Origin: Chiloscyllium plagiosum
Lineage: Eukaryota
Length of the DNA stretch: 39,277 nucleotides
Direction of reading: 5' to 3'
Assembly (NCBI RefSeq): GCF_004010195.1
Contig: NC_057758.1
Span: forward strand, 8,168,748-8,208,024
In this document: in pieces, positions 1 through 12,720 of the stretch
Layout of the letters: each line of letters begins with the position of its first letter
How positions within the stretch are numbered: the first letter of the stretch is position 1
Program-made: the position numbers and the translations under genes
Notes under the pieces: generated by a model
Told to the model about the DNA's origin: nothing
Seen by the model: only the letters and a program-made list of their open reading frames with translations
The model's database searches: none

Positions 1-384
1 TACCTGGTGTTAGGAACCATCCTTGTGCATTGCATCACTGCACCCTTCGCACTGTCATCAATGAAAGAATGAAGACAGGAAGTAGAAAACTGCAAGATTT
101 TCTCAACTGCCAAACGGCAATTAGAAAATTGTGACCAATTCAAAAGAAATAACAGACTAGGGCAAATAGAATACAATCAGGCTGTTCCAAAACAGTTTAG
201 GGATAGATGTGTCCCTTCGAAGAATTAATTTTTAAAAGTATTACTCAACTGTAGAAAAATCGTTGAATAGAGGATGAATGGAAGAATTACTGCATTTGGG
301 TTTCGAAACGTTATTCTCAAAAAAACTCATGGAAAGTTTTGTCACGAGATTTGTGGAGCAATTTTGCAAGTCTGGCAGCTAGTA

Positions 385-540
385 TAGAGACAAAACAGAG
401 TCAATGTTTCAGGTCTCGTGATCCTTCTTCAGAACTGAGCCGGAAACATTAATTCTGCTTTCTCTCCAGTGATGCTGAGGAACCTCCTGAGCTTTTCCAG
501 TTTTTTTATTGTTTCTGATTTCAACCAGCCGCGGTTCCTT
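385..540. mobile_element. Short palindromic Penelope-terminus-derived repeat (MITE-like)
   Basis: Imperfect inverted repeat AAAACAGAGTCAATGTTTC (392-410) / GAAACATTAATTCTGCTTT (443-461), followed by a GATGCTG...CCTCCTGAGCTTTTCCAG motif that also follows the PLE terminal repeats elsewhere in this window. Confidence 0.6.
399..436 (-). ncRNA. Degenerate minimal hammerhead ribozyme motif
   Basis: Minus strand reads AGTT-CTGAAGA-AGGATCACGAGACCT-GAAA-CA-TT-GACT. Core CUGANGA and GAAA present, 4-bp stem I, but the stem III palindrome is ACAT instead of ACGT. Confidence 0.5.
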
Positions 541-879
541 GGAATCTCTTTCTTAAACATTACTCCACTGATAATGTCAATATTATTTGGGCTGCTGCAT
601 TGACCTGGACAGAGGGCAGTTATGAATTCACAGAAAACAGTTGTGAACTGTTCACTTCGGCTAAGTGTACTTTGTAATGTCTCACAGGGAAAGCCACTGG
701 GACGTGAAGCGTTGCTGAAATTCCTGGACAGGAAGATGATAGATAGAAATGCAATCTCTGACGAACCTGCAATGTTGCAAAGGTGAACGTTTGGAATAAT
801 CGCTCAATGACAGATGGTGAAAATATGGGAGTGTCATTCTAAGCTATTAAAGAAGGCACAAAAGTGAAGAAAGTGTCCT

Positions 880-1400
880 CTCTTGGAGATCCTGCGCTTT
901 GAGAATTCAATGACGGAGTTTGGAATTTTAGGAGTATACCACACTGAGGTCGAATGCTTATCTAAATCACAATGAACACAGGGCAAACCGTTTAATAGCA
1001 GGGGATTTATGCTGGAACTGCATAAAACGTTTAATTTCCAAGCGAGATTATAATCTGCATTTTTGAAACTCACATTTTAGGAGTGTTGTGACAACCTGAA
1101 AGGGTGCTATGGAGGTTGATCAGAATGTTGCCTGAGCATGGAAATTTCAGTTATGAAGAGCAATTGGACACGGAATCGACAGAAATGATCTATTTGCCTT
1201 GAATGAGGGATCAGTGAACAGAATGCATTGATATACGATAAGTTGTGGGAGATTCAAAGGACACGTCAGATTCTTTTTCACACAGACGTGCTGGTAATCT
1301 AGCACTCACTACCTGTATTGGGTTGTGAAGGCAGAAATACACGTAACATTGAAGATATGTTGAGATGGACCGTTCAAGAGGGATTGGTGGGTCCAGGTCT
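880..1400 (+). mobile_element. Old CR1 LINE 3' fragment
   Basis: Decayed CR1 ORF2 C-terminal motifs (ATGCTGGAACTGCATAAAACG; AGGGTGCTATGGAGGTTGATCAGAATGTTGCCTG; TTTCAGTTATGAAGAGCAATTGGA), matching L.RVQRRFTRMLPG...SYEERL. Confidence 0.7.
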
Positions 1401-1959
1401 ATCTTTCCCTGAAAATACTGTCTACAGGTCAAGACACCAGACCTCCGTAAGGAGGTTTTGGTCCTGGAGCAGGCAGTGCAGGATTACATGGATAATCCAA
1501 GGGTTTCTGGTCATCCATTCTGGGAAGAGATTCGGCAAATTAAACATTCATTCTCTCGAACATGGAAGGTAATCGAATAAAGTGACTGAGGTCTGCTCGA
1601 TGTAAAACAGGGAGTGCCAGGATTGACAAGAATAAGCAATTTCCACAGCATGACGTTGAGGCAAAAAATGCACTGAGACCAAATTTTGGCGTCCCGCCCT
1701 CAGATTTGTGGTTCTATGTACAGCTTGTTAACTACAACAGTACAATAAGACACCTCGTCAATGCCTTCTTAAGGTCAATAAATAATAGACTCAGTCAGTG
1801 ACACCCACATCAACTTTTAAGAATTACGACCAGGTCAGTCGGGAGAGGTGATAGAAAGCACTTTTACATACAAAGAGTATTGGAGTTGTTGTAAGTTTCT
1901 TAACTTTTCAGGAGTAAGCACTTCTGTCTGATTCTTCATTGGAACAGACATCGAGCATT

Positions 1960-2580
1960 AAAATAAGCAACAATTGCTGCAGGTTTTTGAACTTTCGTTT
2001 GTTCCCACTTGAAATATTGCATCATATTCTGGTCAACACGCTTTCAGAAGGATATGAAAACTTTGGAGAGGGTCCAGAAACGGTTTATCAAGATGTTAAC
2101 TGGCCAGCAGTACTTTAGTTACGAACTAATGCAGATTGGCTTTGTTTTCACTGGAACGCAGAAGATTGGAGGTCGAACTTAAAGACGTTTGTAAAATTGT
2201 GAAAGGCAGGAATAGAGTGATAAATATAAAGAATATTTTATTTTCCGTAGGATGGAAGGGTCTGTAACTATGATATGCTATTTTAAGTTCCCAATGTGGG
2301 GTTTGGGGGCGGGGGGGAGGTGTGGTGTTGGTGACTGAGGGCCCCGTTGGTGTCAGAAATTGAGGTGATGGCCCCGAGCGCGCTGTTGGACCATGTCGTG
2401 GATGCAGACACAACAGCAGCATTCAAGAAGAACGTCAAAGAAAATGTTAATAGGAAGGGAATAGAAGGCTACGTATCCTGTGGTGCAGAGTCTTTTATTG
2501 GGTATGGGCAAAATGTGACATTGTAGACTTGGAGGGCCGATGTGTCAGTTCTTTTGGCGCATTGTTCTTTGTTCTTTTCT
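1960..2580 (+). mobile_element. CR1 LINE 3' fragment(s) with tail
   Basis: TTCTGGTCAACACGCTTTCAGAAGGATATGAAAACTTTGGAGAGGGTCCAGAAACGGTTTATCAAGATG (FWS..F.KDM.TLERVQKRF..M) and a tail motif TTGGAGGGCCGATG...TGTTCT. Confidence 0.7.
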
Positions 2581-2599
2581 CGATGTTGTAAAAAAGTGA

Positions 2600-2740
2600 T
2601 AATGTTCTACACAGTAGGCTGCTGTGGAAGGTTAGATCGCATGGAATCCAGGGAAAGTCGGCATATTGGACACGTAGGTGTTTTCATTGGATGAAAAATA
2701 GAATAATATTGGGAGGATGCGTGTCTGCTGGCCGCATTGC
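2600..2740 (+). mobile_element. CR1 RT fragment (part 1 of an interrupted + strand CR1)
   Basis: AGGCTGCTGTGGAAGGTTAGATCGCATGGAATCCAGGGAAAG = RLLWKVRSHGIQGK, the CR1 RT segment that follows FDKVPH. Confidence 0.7.
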
Positions 2741-2782
2741 TTTTTTAAAAAGTCTATTTCAATGATTTGGCTGGGAACACAG

Positions 2783-5700
2783 CATAGAAAAGTACAGCAC
2801 AGAACAGGCCCTCTGGCCCACGATTTTGTGCCGAGGATTTATCCTAACGTAAAATATAATAACTTAACCTACGCACCCTTCAACACACTGGGGACAAGTC
2901 TCTGGCTATTGACTCTATCCATTTTTCTCAATATCTTGACTACCTCGATCAGGTCACCTCTCTTTCTACTTCTCTCCAGTGAGAAAATTCCGAGCTTATT
3001 CAACCTCTCTCCATAAGGCAAGACCTCCAGTCCAGGTAGCAGCCTGGTAAATTTTCTTTGCACCCTTTCAAAGCCTCTGTATCTTTCCTATAGTAGGGCG
3101 GCCGGAACTGGATGCAATATTCCAGGGTGGTCTCACCAGGATCTTGTCGAGGTGTAGCAAAACCTCGTGGCTCCTAAACTCGATCCACATGTTGTTGAAA
3201 TCTAAACACCATATGCTTTCTTGACTACGTTATCCATTTGGGTGACAACTGTGAGGGATCTTTGTATTTGCACAGCAGGATCCCTCTGTTCCTCCACACT
3301 GCCGAGAATCCTATCAGTAATCCTAGATTCAGCATTCTAGTCTGACCTTCCAAAATGCATCACTTTTCATTTATCCAGGGTGAACTGCATCTGCCATTTC
3401 TCAGTCCAGCTCCGTATCCTGTCTATGTCGCGCTGCAGCCTACAAGAACCCTCGATACAATCGACGGAACCTCCAAATACTGTGTTGTCTGCAAATTTAC
3501 TAACCCACCCCTAAACCTCCAAGTCATTTATAAAAATAACAAAAAGCAGAGGCCCAAGAACAGAGCTCTACGGACTCCACTAACCTCCAGGCAGAATACT
3601 TGCCATCTACAACTGCTCTCTGCCTTCTATCAGCCAACCAGTTCTGAATACAGATAGCCAAAAGTCACTGTATACCATACTTACTGATTTCGTGAATGAG
3701 CCGACCGTGGGGATCCTTATGGAATGCCTTGTTGAAGTCCACATACACCACATTCACTTCTCAACCTTCGTAGGCCAGTCTTGACAACTCCTCAGAGAAC
3801 TCAATAACATTTGTGGGGCATGACCTGCCCCTCACAAGGCCATGCTGACTGCCTTTAATCAAGCTATGCTTTGTCAAATAGTCATAAATCCTAACCCTCA
3901 GAATTCTTTCCAAAACTTTGCTGACCACAGACGTGAGACTGACCGGTCTGTAATTGCCAAGGATATCCATATTACCTTAATAAAAAGTGGAACAACGTTC
4001 GCCTCCTTTCAATCCCCCGGTACGAGTACAGTGGAGATACAGGAAGCAGTGATCTTTGCCAGCGGCTTAGAAACCTCCCTCCTCGCTTCCCGGAGCAGCC
4101 CAGGAAATGTCTGGTCTGACCCTGGGGACTTATCAATCTTAATGTTTTCCAAAATTTCCAGCACGTCAACTTCATCAACGTTGAATTAGTCAAGCCTGTA
4201 TTCCAGCTCCTAAAAGTTCTCATTTACAACAAGGTCCCTTTCCTCAGTGAAAACCGGAGCAAAAACACACTTAGAGCCTTCCCAATCTGCTCTGACTCCA
4301 CGCACAAGTTCTCCCGCTATTCCTGATCGGCTCTACCTTCTCCCTGATCATTCTCTTATTCCTCATACATGAGTAAAATGCCTTTGCCTTCTCCCTGATC
4401 GTTCTTGCCAATCATTTTACGTGCCCCCTCCTGGCTCTCCTCAGTCCATTTCTGAGCTCCTTTCTTGCAAGCCTGTAATCCTCGAAAGCTGTGGAAGATC
4501 CTTGTTTCCTCCATCTTATGTAAGTCGCTTTCTTCATTTCGATGAGAAGCTTCTCTATTCTTGTAATTCAAGGTTCCTTTATCTTACCTCTTCTTACTTA
4601 TCTCAGAGGAACAAATTCGTGCACCACTCGCAACAACTACTCCTTAAATAGTCTCCACATGTCTGCTGTGCCCTGTCTGTGGAACAATTGCTCCCAGTCT
4701 GGACTTCGCTACTCTTGCCTGATGGCGTCATAATTTGTTTTTTCCCAATTAAATATCTTCCCTCGGTAACTGCTCCTTTGCCTCTCCAAGGCTTTGGTAA
4801 ATGTGAGGCAGTTGTGATAACTGTCGCCAAAGGGTTCTCCCACCGCGAGATCTGACACCTGTTCTGGCTCATTGCCGAGCACCAAATGTAACATGGCTTC
4901 TCCCCTCGTCAGTCTGTCAACATACGATGTAAGGAAACCCTGCAGAACACACCTGACAAAAACGGCTCCATCCAAACCATTTGCACTTCGGAGGTTCCAG
5001 TCGATATTGGGAAAGCTGAAATCATTCATAACATCAACCCTGCTTCATCTGCATTCTTCCAGATTCTGCCCGCCTATGCGATCTTCAATCTCTCTTCTGA
5101 TATTAGGTGATCTGCGGAAAACATCCAATGAGGTGACTGTTGCCTTGCTGTTCCTAACTTCCACCCATACTGACTCAATAGACAAACCTTCCTCACAACC
5201 TTCCTTTCTGTAGCTGTGATGCACTCTCTGCTTAGCAAAGCTCCAACCCCCACTCTTTTTCCATCCTCCCCGCTTTTTTAACGTTCTAAACCCGGGAACA
5301 TCAAATAACCATTCCTTCCCCCGTGAAACCCACGTCTGCGTTATGGCCACAAGTACTGATCCATGCTGTAAGTTTGACACTCTTATTTCTGTCTATCTTT
5401 ACATTAAGGCAGGCACACTTTAATCGATAACTTTGTATCGTCGCGTGAGAAACATTCCTGATAGATTCACTGCATCCGGTCACTGCCCCATCAGCAACTG
5501 TACCCCTCTCAGATATGTGGCTCTGATTCCCACTCCCCTGCCAAACTAGTTTAAACCCTCCCGAATCACACGAGCAATTCTTCCACATTTATGCCCCTCC
5601 AGTTCATGTGCGACATATCCTTCATGCACAGATCTTACCTTTTCCAGAAGGTATCCAAATGGTCTAGGTATCTGAAGCCCTCACTCCAGCACCAAACTCG

Positions 5701-6060
5701 CAGCCACGTGTTAAGCTACAATCGCTAGCTCTTCCTCACCTCACTACTCTACTCGTCCTGCTCTTCAGCTTCCAACCTAACTCTCGATAGCCAATTTTCA
5801 AATCCTCTATCCGTTCCCTGGCTATATCACAGTGCCAGTATGTCTCAAGATTTCTGGCTGCCCACCCTCCCCCTTCAGAATCTTGTTCAAACAATGGGCG
5901 ACAACCCGGACCCTGACACTTGGGAGGCAACGTCCGTTCCAGGAGTCCCGTTCCTGTCCACAACATTACCTGTCAATTGGTCGAACTATTGACTCCCCTA
6001 TGATTAGCCATTTTTGATTCTCAGCCCTTGCCTTCTGAGTCACAGTGCTAGGCTCAGAGC
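2783..6060 (-). mobile_element. Near full-length decayed CR1 LINE (ORF1 esterase region, APE endonuclease, RT, 3' tail)
   Basis: ORF track fragments: VAITQTWVS and DF.FPNIDW...QGFLTSYVDRLTRGEAMLHLVLGNEP (APE); GNYRPVSLTSVVSKVLERI...QHGLVRGRSCPTN (RT); QRKFTRLLPGLEVLPYGERL (C-terminus); 5740-6000 resembles the CR1 ORF1 SGNH esterase; tail at 2783-2835. Many stops and frameshifts. Confidence 0.9.
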
Positions 6061-6425
6061 CAAACGGCAAGAAGAGAAAATGGTGGTAGAATTGACATAT
6101 TTGTGATTTTGGTGGTGATATTTCTGTTCGTGGCTTTAGCGGCCACTTGGCTCATGGCCAGGAGAGGGTTCTGTGTTAACTAGAGAATCCGATATTTGGA
6201 GGCAAGTATGCGAGAGTGTGTTCCATTTTAGTTCCATGATGTTCAATAATCTGGGAAATAAGTGTCTGAAATGTGCATGGATTCTTCTCCATGTGAAGAA
6301 CAGCAGAGGTCCTTTGCAGGGCTGAGAGAGTGAGGCACTAACTATGGAAGGGCTGACTGCAGGAAGAGAAGATGCAAGTGTGGAGCGGAGAATTCGGAGG
6401 GAGAACGGTTTGTGGAATTTTTCGA
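6060..6425 (-). mobile_element. Penelope-like element fragment inserted into CR1 ORF1
   Basis: Clear paralogy to 9350-9740 in the large PLE (shared GGAGGCAAGTATGCGAG..GTGTTCCATTT, TGTCTGAAATGTGC.TGGA, CAGCAGAG.TCCTTTGC). Confidence 0.75.
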
Positions 6426-6489
6426 TTTGCTGTCGGCCGAAGGGCCTGTTTCCACACTGTACGGCATCTAGAAAATATGGAAATTATGG

Positions 6490-6735
6490 CTTTCCCCTGG
6501 TAGGTCGTCCCCACCAGCTGTACCCAAAACGGTATACGTTTTGCTGAGGGGATCGGCCACAGGGGATACCTGCTCTGACCTTCGGTTCCCTTTCCTCCTC
6601 CTGACTGTAACCCAGCTGTCCATATCCTGTGCCTGCGGAGTGACCACCTCTGTACATTCTCAATTTCTCCCTCAGCCTCCCAGATGATCCGTAGTTCATC
6701 AAGCTCCAGCTCCAGTTCCCTGGAACAATGCACAA
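6490..6735 (-). mobile_element. CR1 ORF1 N-terminal remainder (5' part of the 2783-6060 element)
   Basis: RELELELDELRIIWEAEGEI and PL..PSAKRIP-like peptides, typical of the CR1 ORF1 coiled-coil region upstream of the esterase domain. Confidence 0.75.
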
Positions 6736-6744
6736 GGCAATACA

Positions 6745-7065
6745 AGTAAGTTTGTTTATAACACTAAAAGACGCGTAATCTTAGATAGTGAGAAAGGTTA
6801 TCAGAAATTTCAGCAGTACTTTGATCTGTTGGGTAAATGAGTGTTTCGTAAAGACATGTCTCAGATTCTGCATTTTGGATAGTTAAGTCAAACTGGAAGT
6901 TTCATGGTGAATGTTAGGGCCTCAAGGAGTGTAGTAGAACAGGAGTACCTTGGTGATCAGATGTAAATTTTCCTGAAAGTGAAGTCAAATGTTGACAGGG
7001 CAGTGAAGAAGATGTTTGGCAAAGTGACCTTAATCAGCGTGAGCCATGAGTAGAGACTTCGGATA
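6745..7065 (+). mobile_element. CR1 RT fragment (part 2 of the interrupted + strand CR1)
   Basis: AGTAAGTTTGTTTATAACACTAAA = SKFVYNTK (decayed SKFADDTK), then DSEKGYQKFQQYFDLLGK and LHFG motifs. Confidence 0.7.
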
Positions 7066-7069
7066 GTTT

Positions 7070-10000
7070 GCCGCTGGAAAAGCACAACATGCCATGCAGC
7101 CTCTCAGGATCAGGAGGGTCAATGTTTCGAGCATAAACCGTTCATCACAAATGTGCGGTGTGGAAGGACTGACAGGTAAATAGGAGGGGCTGCGGCTGGG
7201 GATAAGGTAGCTTGGAAGGCGATGGAAAGATACAGGTGAATGGTGATGTTGATAAGTCGGAGCGAACGGCAGAGCAGATAGGTCTTAAGGAACATACACA
7301 TAGTAGCACAGTTCAAGAGGACAGTGCCGTGTTTGACGGGTAGATCTGGGATGATGGAGGATAGGAATGGGAGATAACGAAGCTGGTCAGATACACATTG
7401 ATTACATGTGTTTGCCGTGCCACAAGACGGGAAATGAGACGTTCATCGGTGGCTAGGATCTGGCGATGGTCGATTGCCAGAACAAGCATATCCCTGGCAG
7501 TGTGGAAGGGAGAGTTGAAACGGTCAGCCACAAGGTGGTGGGATTCCCGAAATGGATTCTGAAATGTTCTGTAATATGGTGTCCTCTTTCTGCATATTCG
7601 AGGAGACGAAATTTAGAGCAAGGGACAGTACATTTAGGATTGAAATGTACAGAAAAATATCTGCCAGATGTGACAGGATATTTGGGCGTCTTGGATGGAG
7701 ATAAAGTCCCATCTGTGTTCGCAGGGTTACAACGTTTGCACAGGCAAGGGAAGGTTCCAGATGTGGAGGGGGTATTGCTGGTGGTCGTGAAGTTTGTTGT
7801 GAAGTTGAGGAACAGTTGAACCTCCTCGTGGGAACACGAGTTCATGTTGATTCAGTCATCCATTTAGCGGAGGAGTATATTTGGACTAGTGCCCATGTAA
7901 CTGCGGAAAATGGACTGTTCCACATATCCGACAAAGAAACAGGCACAGCCGGCGACCAAGCGGGTTGCCACGGCTCCACCCTTTGTCTGATGGAAGTGTG
8001 ACGATTCGAAGTTGAAGTTTTGAGTGAGGGTGCCAGTGCAACAAATAATTTTAGGGTGCCGTTGGAATGGTACTGGTTGGGATAGCGGATCAACAAGAAA
8101 TTGAGGGCATGTTGGCAGATGGATGTGTACAGGGACTGGCTGTCCATGGTGAAGATAAGGTGTAGGGGACCGGGGAAACGAAAGTCATGGAGAATTCGGG
8201 GAAGTGTGTGGCAGCCTGAATGTATATGGGGAGTTCCTGGACCAAGGGGTATAGAATGTTGTCATGGAATGATGAGATAGATTCGGTCTGTCAGGAGCAA
8301 GCGGAGATGATGGTTTGACCAGGGCAGTAAGTTTATGAATTTTGGTTCAGAGCTCGCACTAGGTGTTGGGGGCTTCCTGGGCTTTGAGATTGGAGCGCGT
8401 GGATACGAGCTCCCCAGAGGTGATGACGTTGTCAATTATTCTGGTAGATGACGGTTTGGTGATAGGAGGTCATGGTCGAGGAGACAGTAGGACGAGGCGT
8501 CTGTGAATTGATGCCTGACTTCTGTACTGTACAGTTCGGTATGCCAAACCTGTCNNNNNNNNNNNNNNNNNNNNNNNNNNNNNNNNNNNNNNNNNNNNNN
8601 NNNNNNNNNNNNNNNNNNNNNNNNNNNNNNNNNNNNNNNNNNNNNNNNNNNNNNNNNNNNNNNNNNNNNNNNNNNNNNNNNNNNNNNNNNNNNNNNNNNN
8701 NNNNNNNNNNNNNNNNNNNNNNNNNNNNNNNNNNNNNNNNNNNNNNNNNNNNNNAGAGGGTGAAAGGGCTGGACATATAGATGTGGTCGATGTCACCACA
8801 GCAGTTGAAGATGCAGAGATCCAGAGGGGGTAACAGACCGAGAGGATATGGGCGAGTGAATTGGATATTTAGGAGTCGGGAGAAGGGGTCATTGGAAGGT
8901 GGGTGGGCCTCCTGATGGAAATAGTAAGCATAGAGGCAGGGTGGAAGAAATATTCGATGTCCCAAGGCAGGGGACCTCATTGTGCCACGAGCATAGTGGG
9001 ATGAGGGTTTGACATTTACTGAGGACTGATCGTTCATCCTCAGGTAGTGGGCAGTCTTGAGGGATGGTAAAATCATGGTCGGGCTGGGGACTAGTACCTG
9101 GCGTCCAACTCGAGTTAGGAATGTGGGCGGAGAATCTTCCTCGAGTGTGTTTCATCTTTTTATCGTGCGTGATGTCACTGCACAAAGGGATGTACCCCGT
9201 GGGTGTCATGGGAGTGGAAGCGTTGCATTGCTGGCATCTGTAGGAGCAGAAGGGACGTTCTGTTTGACCACTGCTCTGTCTTCGATGGTGGCTGGGTGTT
9301 CGTTCCATTAGGTCAGGTAATTGGCATCGGTGAGCCTGGAAGTGGGTAAGGTAGTGGCAACTATGGTGGTTACATTAATGCATCGCACCGTCTTTATGAT
9401 TTTGTTGATGGCCGTTCTCGTGGTGACTGTCGCGGTCACTTGTCTCCTGGCGTCCGAGCGGTGCCACAGGCCTGGAGAGGGTTCTGTATTAACTTAGGAA
9501 TCCGTTGTTGGGAGGCAAGTATGCGAGGGTATGTTCCATTTAAGTTCCTCGATGTCGAATGAACTGGGATTAAATTGTCTGAAATGTGCGTGGAATCTTC
9601 TCAGTGTGAGGAGCAGCAGAGCTCCTTTGCTGGATTGGGAGAGTGAGGTCCTAATTGTGGAAGAGCTCACTGCAGGGAGAATACATGTGTGGGTGGAGTG
9701 GAGAATCCAGAGGAAGAAAATTTTATGGAAGTTTTGGATTAGCTGTTGATTGTGGAAGTGCTTGTCAGTTTTGAATAGAGACAGGAGTCCACGTGGAATC
9801 AGTCCATAACTTCGGCAAGTGCTGAGCAAATCTGAGCTTGCACAATTGCTTCAGCAAGTGGCTGAAAAGCTTCCGGGCAGAACAAACATCTGGTGGGTGC
9901 AGTGGGACAGAGATTCACTGAGATCCCTATCGTAGAAGGAGGAGAATTTCTTAGGGATGGGCATCCGTCGAAGAGGCGTTCCAGTAAAGTTATAACGACT

Positions 10001-10735
10001 TGGTGAAAAATTGGACTTGCAGATGGAGGAGATCAGAATCGAAACATGTGCCACTGAGAAAGCACAGTACATCAGGAAGTATCGGAGGAGCAGGACAGTT
10101 CAAATTTTGGGCATGAGAGCTTCATCAGGAATGGAGGAGGGAAAGGTTGTAAATTCAATTAGATGGGGTGGCACCTTGGGGATCATTAGACTGGAAGGCG
10201 ATAGATATTTGCAGGTGGGATAGATGCTGACAGAGCGGAGCGGAGCGTGGTGCGGATAGGTGGGAAGGGAGAAGGAAATTTCAATGGACAGTGCCGGTTT
10301 GGGGAGTTGGATTAATATGAAGTGGGTTCAGAGGGATGAGGAAACTGGTGATACCAACGTTTATGCTGTGTGGTTAGGCGGCCTCAAGGAGAAGTTGAGA
10401 ATTTCTTCCTCCAGACGTCGGGTTGCTCAGTTTTGGCTACCAAGAGTTCACCAAGTCATGGAACAATTCTGAGAATACCTCTGGAGCACACGCACCGAAC
10501 ATCCCCACAACCTGTGGCCGATGATTTCAACTCCCACCTCCCATTCAGCCAAGAACATGCAAGTTCTGGACCTCAGGTATCACAAAATAGTAGCCACCGA
10601 AGGCCTAGAGGAAGAGAGCCTCACGTTCTCCTTGTAAACCTGCAAACATAGGGTTTCAACGTCGATTTCAAATGTTTCCTCCCCTCTACATCCGAACCTC
10701 ACCCGAAATCCAAATCGGCATTGTTCTGTGGAATG
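7070..10735 (-). mobile_element. Penelope-like retroelement, decayed, with terminal-repeat sequence at both ends
   Basis: RT motifs MDSQSLYTSI (ORF 7842-8147) and GAVATRL...ACFFVGYVEQSIF...MDD; GTFPC.CKRC linker and decayed GIY-YIG region at 7450-7760. Related terminal blocks at about 7070-7560 and 10040-10700, each with a degenerate hammerhead. Contains a gap. Confidence 0.85.
8555..8754. other. Assembly gap (N run)
   Basis: 200 N bases. Confidence 1.
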
Positions 10736-10759
10736 TAGGAAATTGACTACATTGATAGA

Positions 10760-11095
10760 GCGAATACACTCCCTCTTTTTTCCACAGATAGGTAAATAGA
10801 GGATGAGAGAATATCAGTGTAAGTGTGGGGTGGAAAGAATACAAGAAAAGAAACATGATGGCAACATTTTTTCCTCATTATATGGTACGTATTGGAATAA
10901 TCTGATATCGGAGGTGTTAGCAGCGAGGACATTAACAACATTTAAAAGGCGTTTGGACAAATAAATGAACAGGAAAGTTTGATAAGTATTAGTGCCATTT
11001 GCTAGGAAATGGGATTCGTGTGGATGGACGTTTTGATCGGCATGGGCCACTTTGAGCCAAAGTGCCTGTCTCCAATGGAAAGGACTGTGTAAATC
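10760..11095 (+). mobile_element. CR1 3' end and tail (probable part 3 of the interrupted + strand CR1)
   Basis: TGGAATAATCTG...ACAACATTTAAAAGGCGTTTGGACAAATAAATG (WN.L...TFKRRLD) and tail GATCGGCATGGGCCACTTTGAGCCAAAGTGCCTGTCTCC. Confidence 0.7.
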
Positions 11096-11109
11096 AATGA
11101 TTCACATTT

Positions 11110-11510
11110 TCCTTTCTTTCTGCCAAGGCGATTCTGTCCGTTCTTTTTGTTTTGCCGAAGCAATTATTTTCTTTTCTCTTTCCTCTGGTTTCATCCGTAA
11201 TTCCATCTGTTTCAGTTCCTTTCATGTCCAACTTCTTTATCTGCAATTGAGCTCAAGCCATTTCCAAACATTCTAATGACATTTCCACTCCGTATAAATT
11301 ACTAGTTATTTATGTAATTGCTTCTCCTTTTCTCACTGCCAACGACAACTCCACTTATCTGCCAATTCCAATGGTTTTGCTTTGCCCAACCTCTTACACC
11401 CAAAGTCACCTCTTACACTCCCAAAAAACTCGTAGCGATTGAAAGCGCCATTTCTGCACAACACACTGTTTAAAACAGCCGAATACAACGCCTGTAACAA
11501 AATGCGTTAA
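11110..11510 (-). mobile_element. Gypsy (Gmr1-like) gag N-terminal fragment
   Basis: Minus strand ATG at 11451 reads MALSIATSFLGV*EVTLG, then LELADK-like and E/K/R-rich sequence; similar to 33480-33880 in this window. Confidence 0.6.
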
Positions 11511-12229
11511 ATCTCAAGTGGATGGCTCACTTATTGGAAAAGCCTGCAATGTTTCCTCAAATGCACAGTGACGAGATATTGGACTGGGGTGTCTAGCACT
11601 GGACTCACAATTCAGAACCACTAATATCAAGCTCTGAAGAGCTGCTTTTGAATTTGCAGAATGAGACATTTGAATCATATTCAAACAGTCTCGTGCCAAG
11701 TATGGAAATTGATTATTTGGGCGTTGATGAGTGTGGAAGAAGCAAATATCGATTTCGTGAATGTTGTTTCAGGAAGGAAATCTGTAGCACTTACCTGATC
11801 TGATTTATGTGTGACTCCAGTTTCACAGTATTGTGGCTGACTCGTAAGTGTACTTTCAACAAATTGAGTTTGGCAGCAAATATTGGTTTTCCCAACCTCG
11901 CTTGCATCCCATTAATGATTCCTTGAGATGTCAATGGATTGAATTGAAGCAGTAAACCTAACCAAGTGGAAGATGCAACTCAGGGGATGACTGACCTCAA
12001 TCTGTCCTCTGAATATTTATAAAGTGTTACAGTTAAAGAAAAGAAAACATGGTGTTACTCCTTCATCAGAAGTGCCAGACTACCAACACAAAGAAGCTAG
12101 ACTTAAGAACAAATAGTTTTCATTCCCACTTGATTTTCTGCTGTGTTATTAACGACCTGAATGTTGGACACGCTTTCAACAATTTCGCTGCGAATAATTC
12201 CTAAATAAACCCACTGTGGGTAAGTCAAA

Positions 12230-12720
12230 TTGTGTGACACACACACGGTCTCATGCACACACGCTCTCAACACTCAGACACACACAAACGTGCTTACACA
12301 GACACTCACACAAACACATACTTCAGCATGCTCACGTACACACACATACCCATGCTCAAAAACCGTGGATACACACACACGACCAAACGCACTGAAATAC
12401 ACACAGAACAGCATGTCAACACGTAAGCATTCATGCACAGATACACACGGATTTACCCTCAAAAATTCAGACACGGGCAGTATCATATGCAGATTCGCGC
12501 AGCTAGACTTACACATGTACTCATAAACAAAATGACCCACACACCCACACTCCTACTCTGGCAGACGCATAAGCACGCAAGCACTCACAAATGCACATTT
12601 GCTCGTACACTGAAAATCACACGCACAGACACACATGCATAAGCTCACAGACACACACACACAGACATGCACGCGCAGAGAAACACATATGGACGCAAAA
12701 AGTGTGCACGAAATATATAC
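12230..12720. repeat. Degenerate (CA)n-rich low-complexity tract
   Basis: Interrupted CACACA/GCAC runs; the His/Thr-rich and Cys/Val-rich ORFs here are by-products. Confidence 0.9.

Noticed and set aside
8432..9076. Longest ORF (214 aa) and other ORFs crossing N runs at 24700 and 30943
   Set aside because: Lengths are inflated by assembly gaps; flanks are decayed repeat sequence.
12050..12072. CTGATGA on the minus strand (also at 36641 on +) as a hammerhead
   Set aside because: No stem II/GAAA/UH follows; incomplete.
12230..12720. His/Thr-rich and Cys/Val-rich ORFs
   Set aside because: Translation products of degenerate (CA)n/(TG)n sequence.
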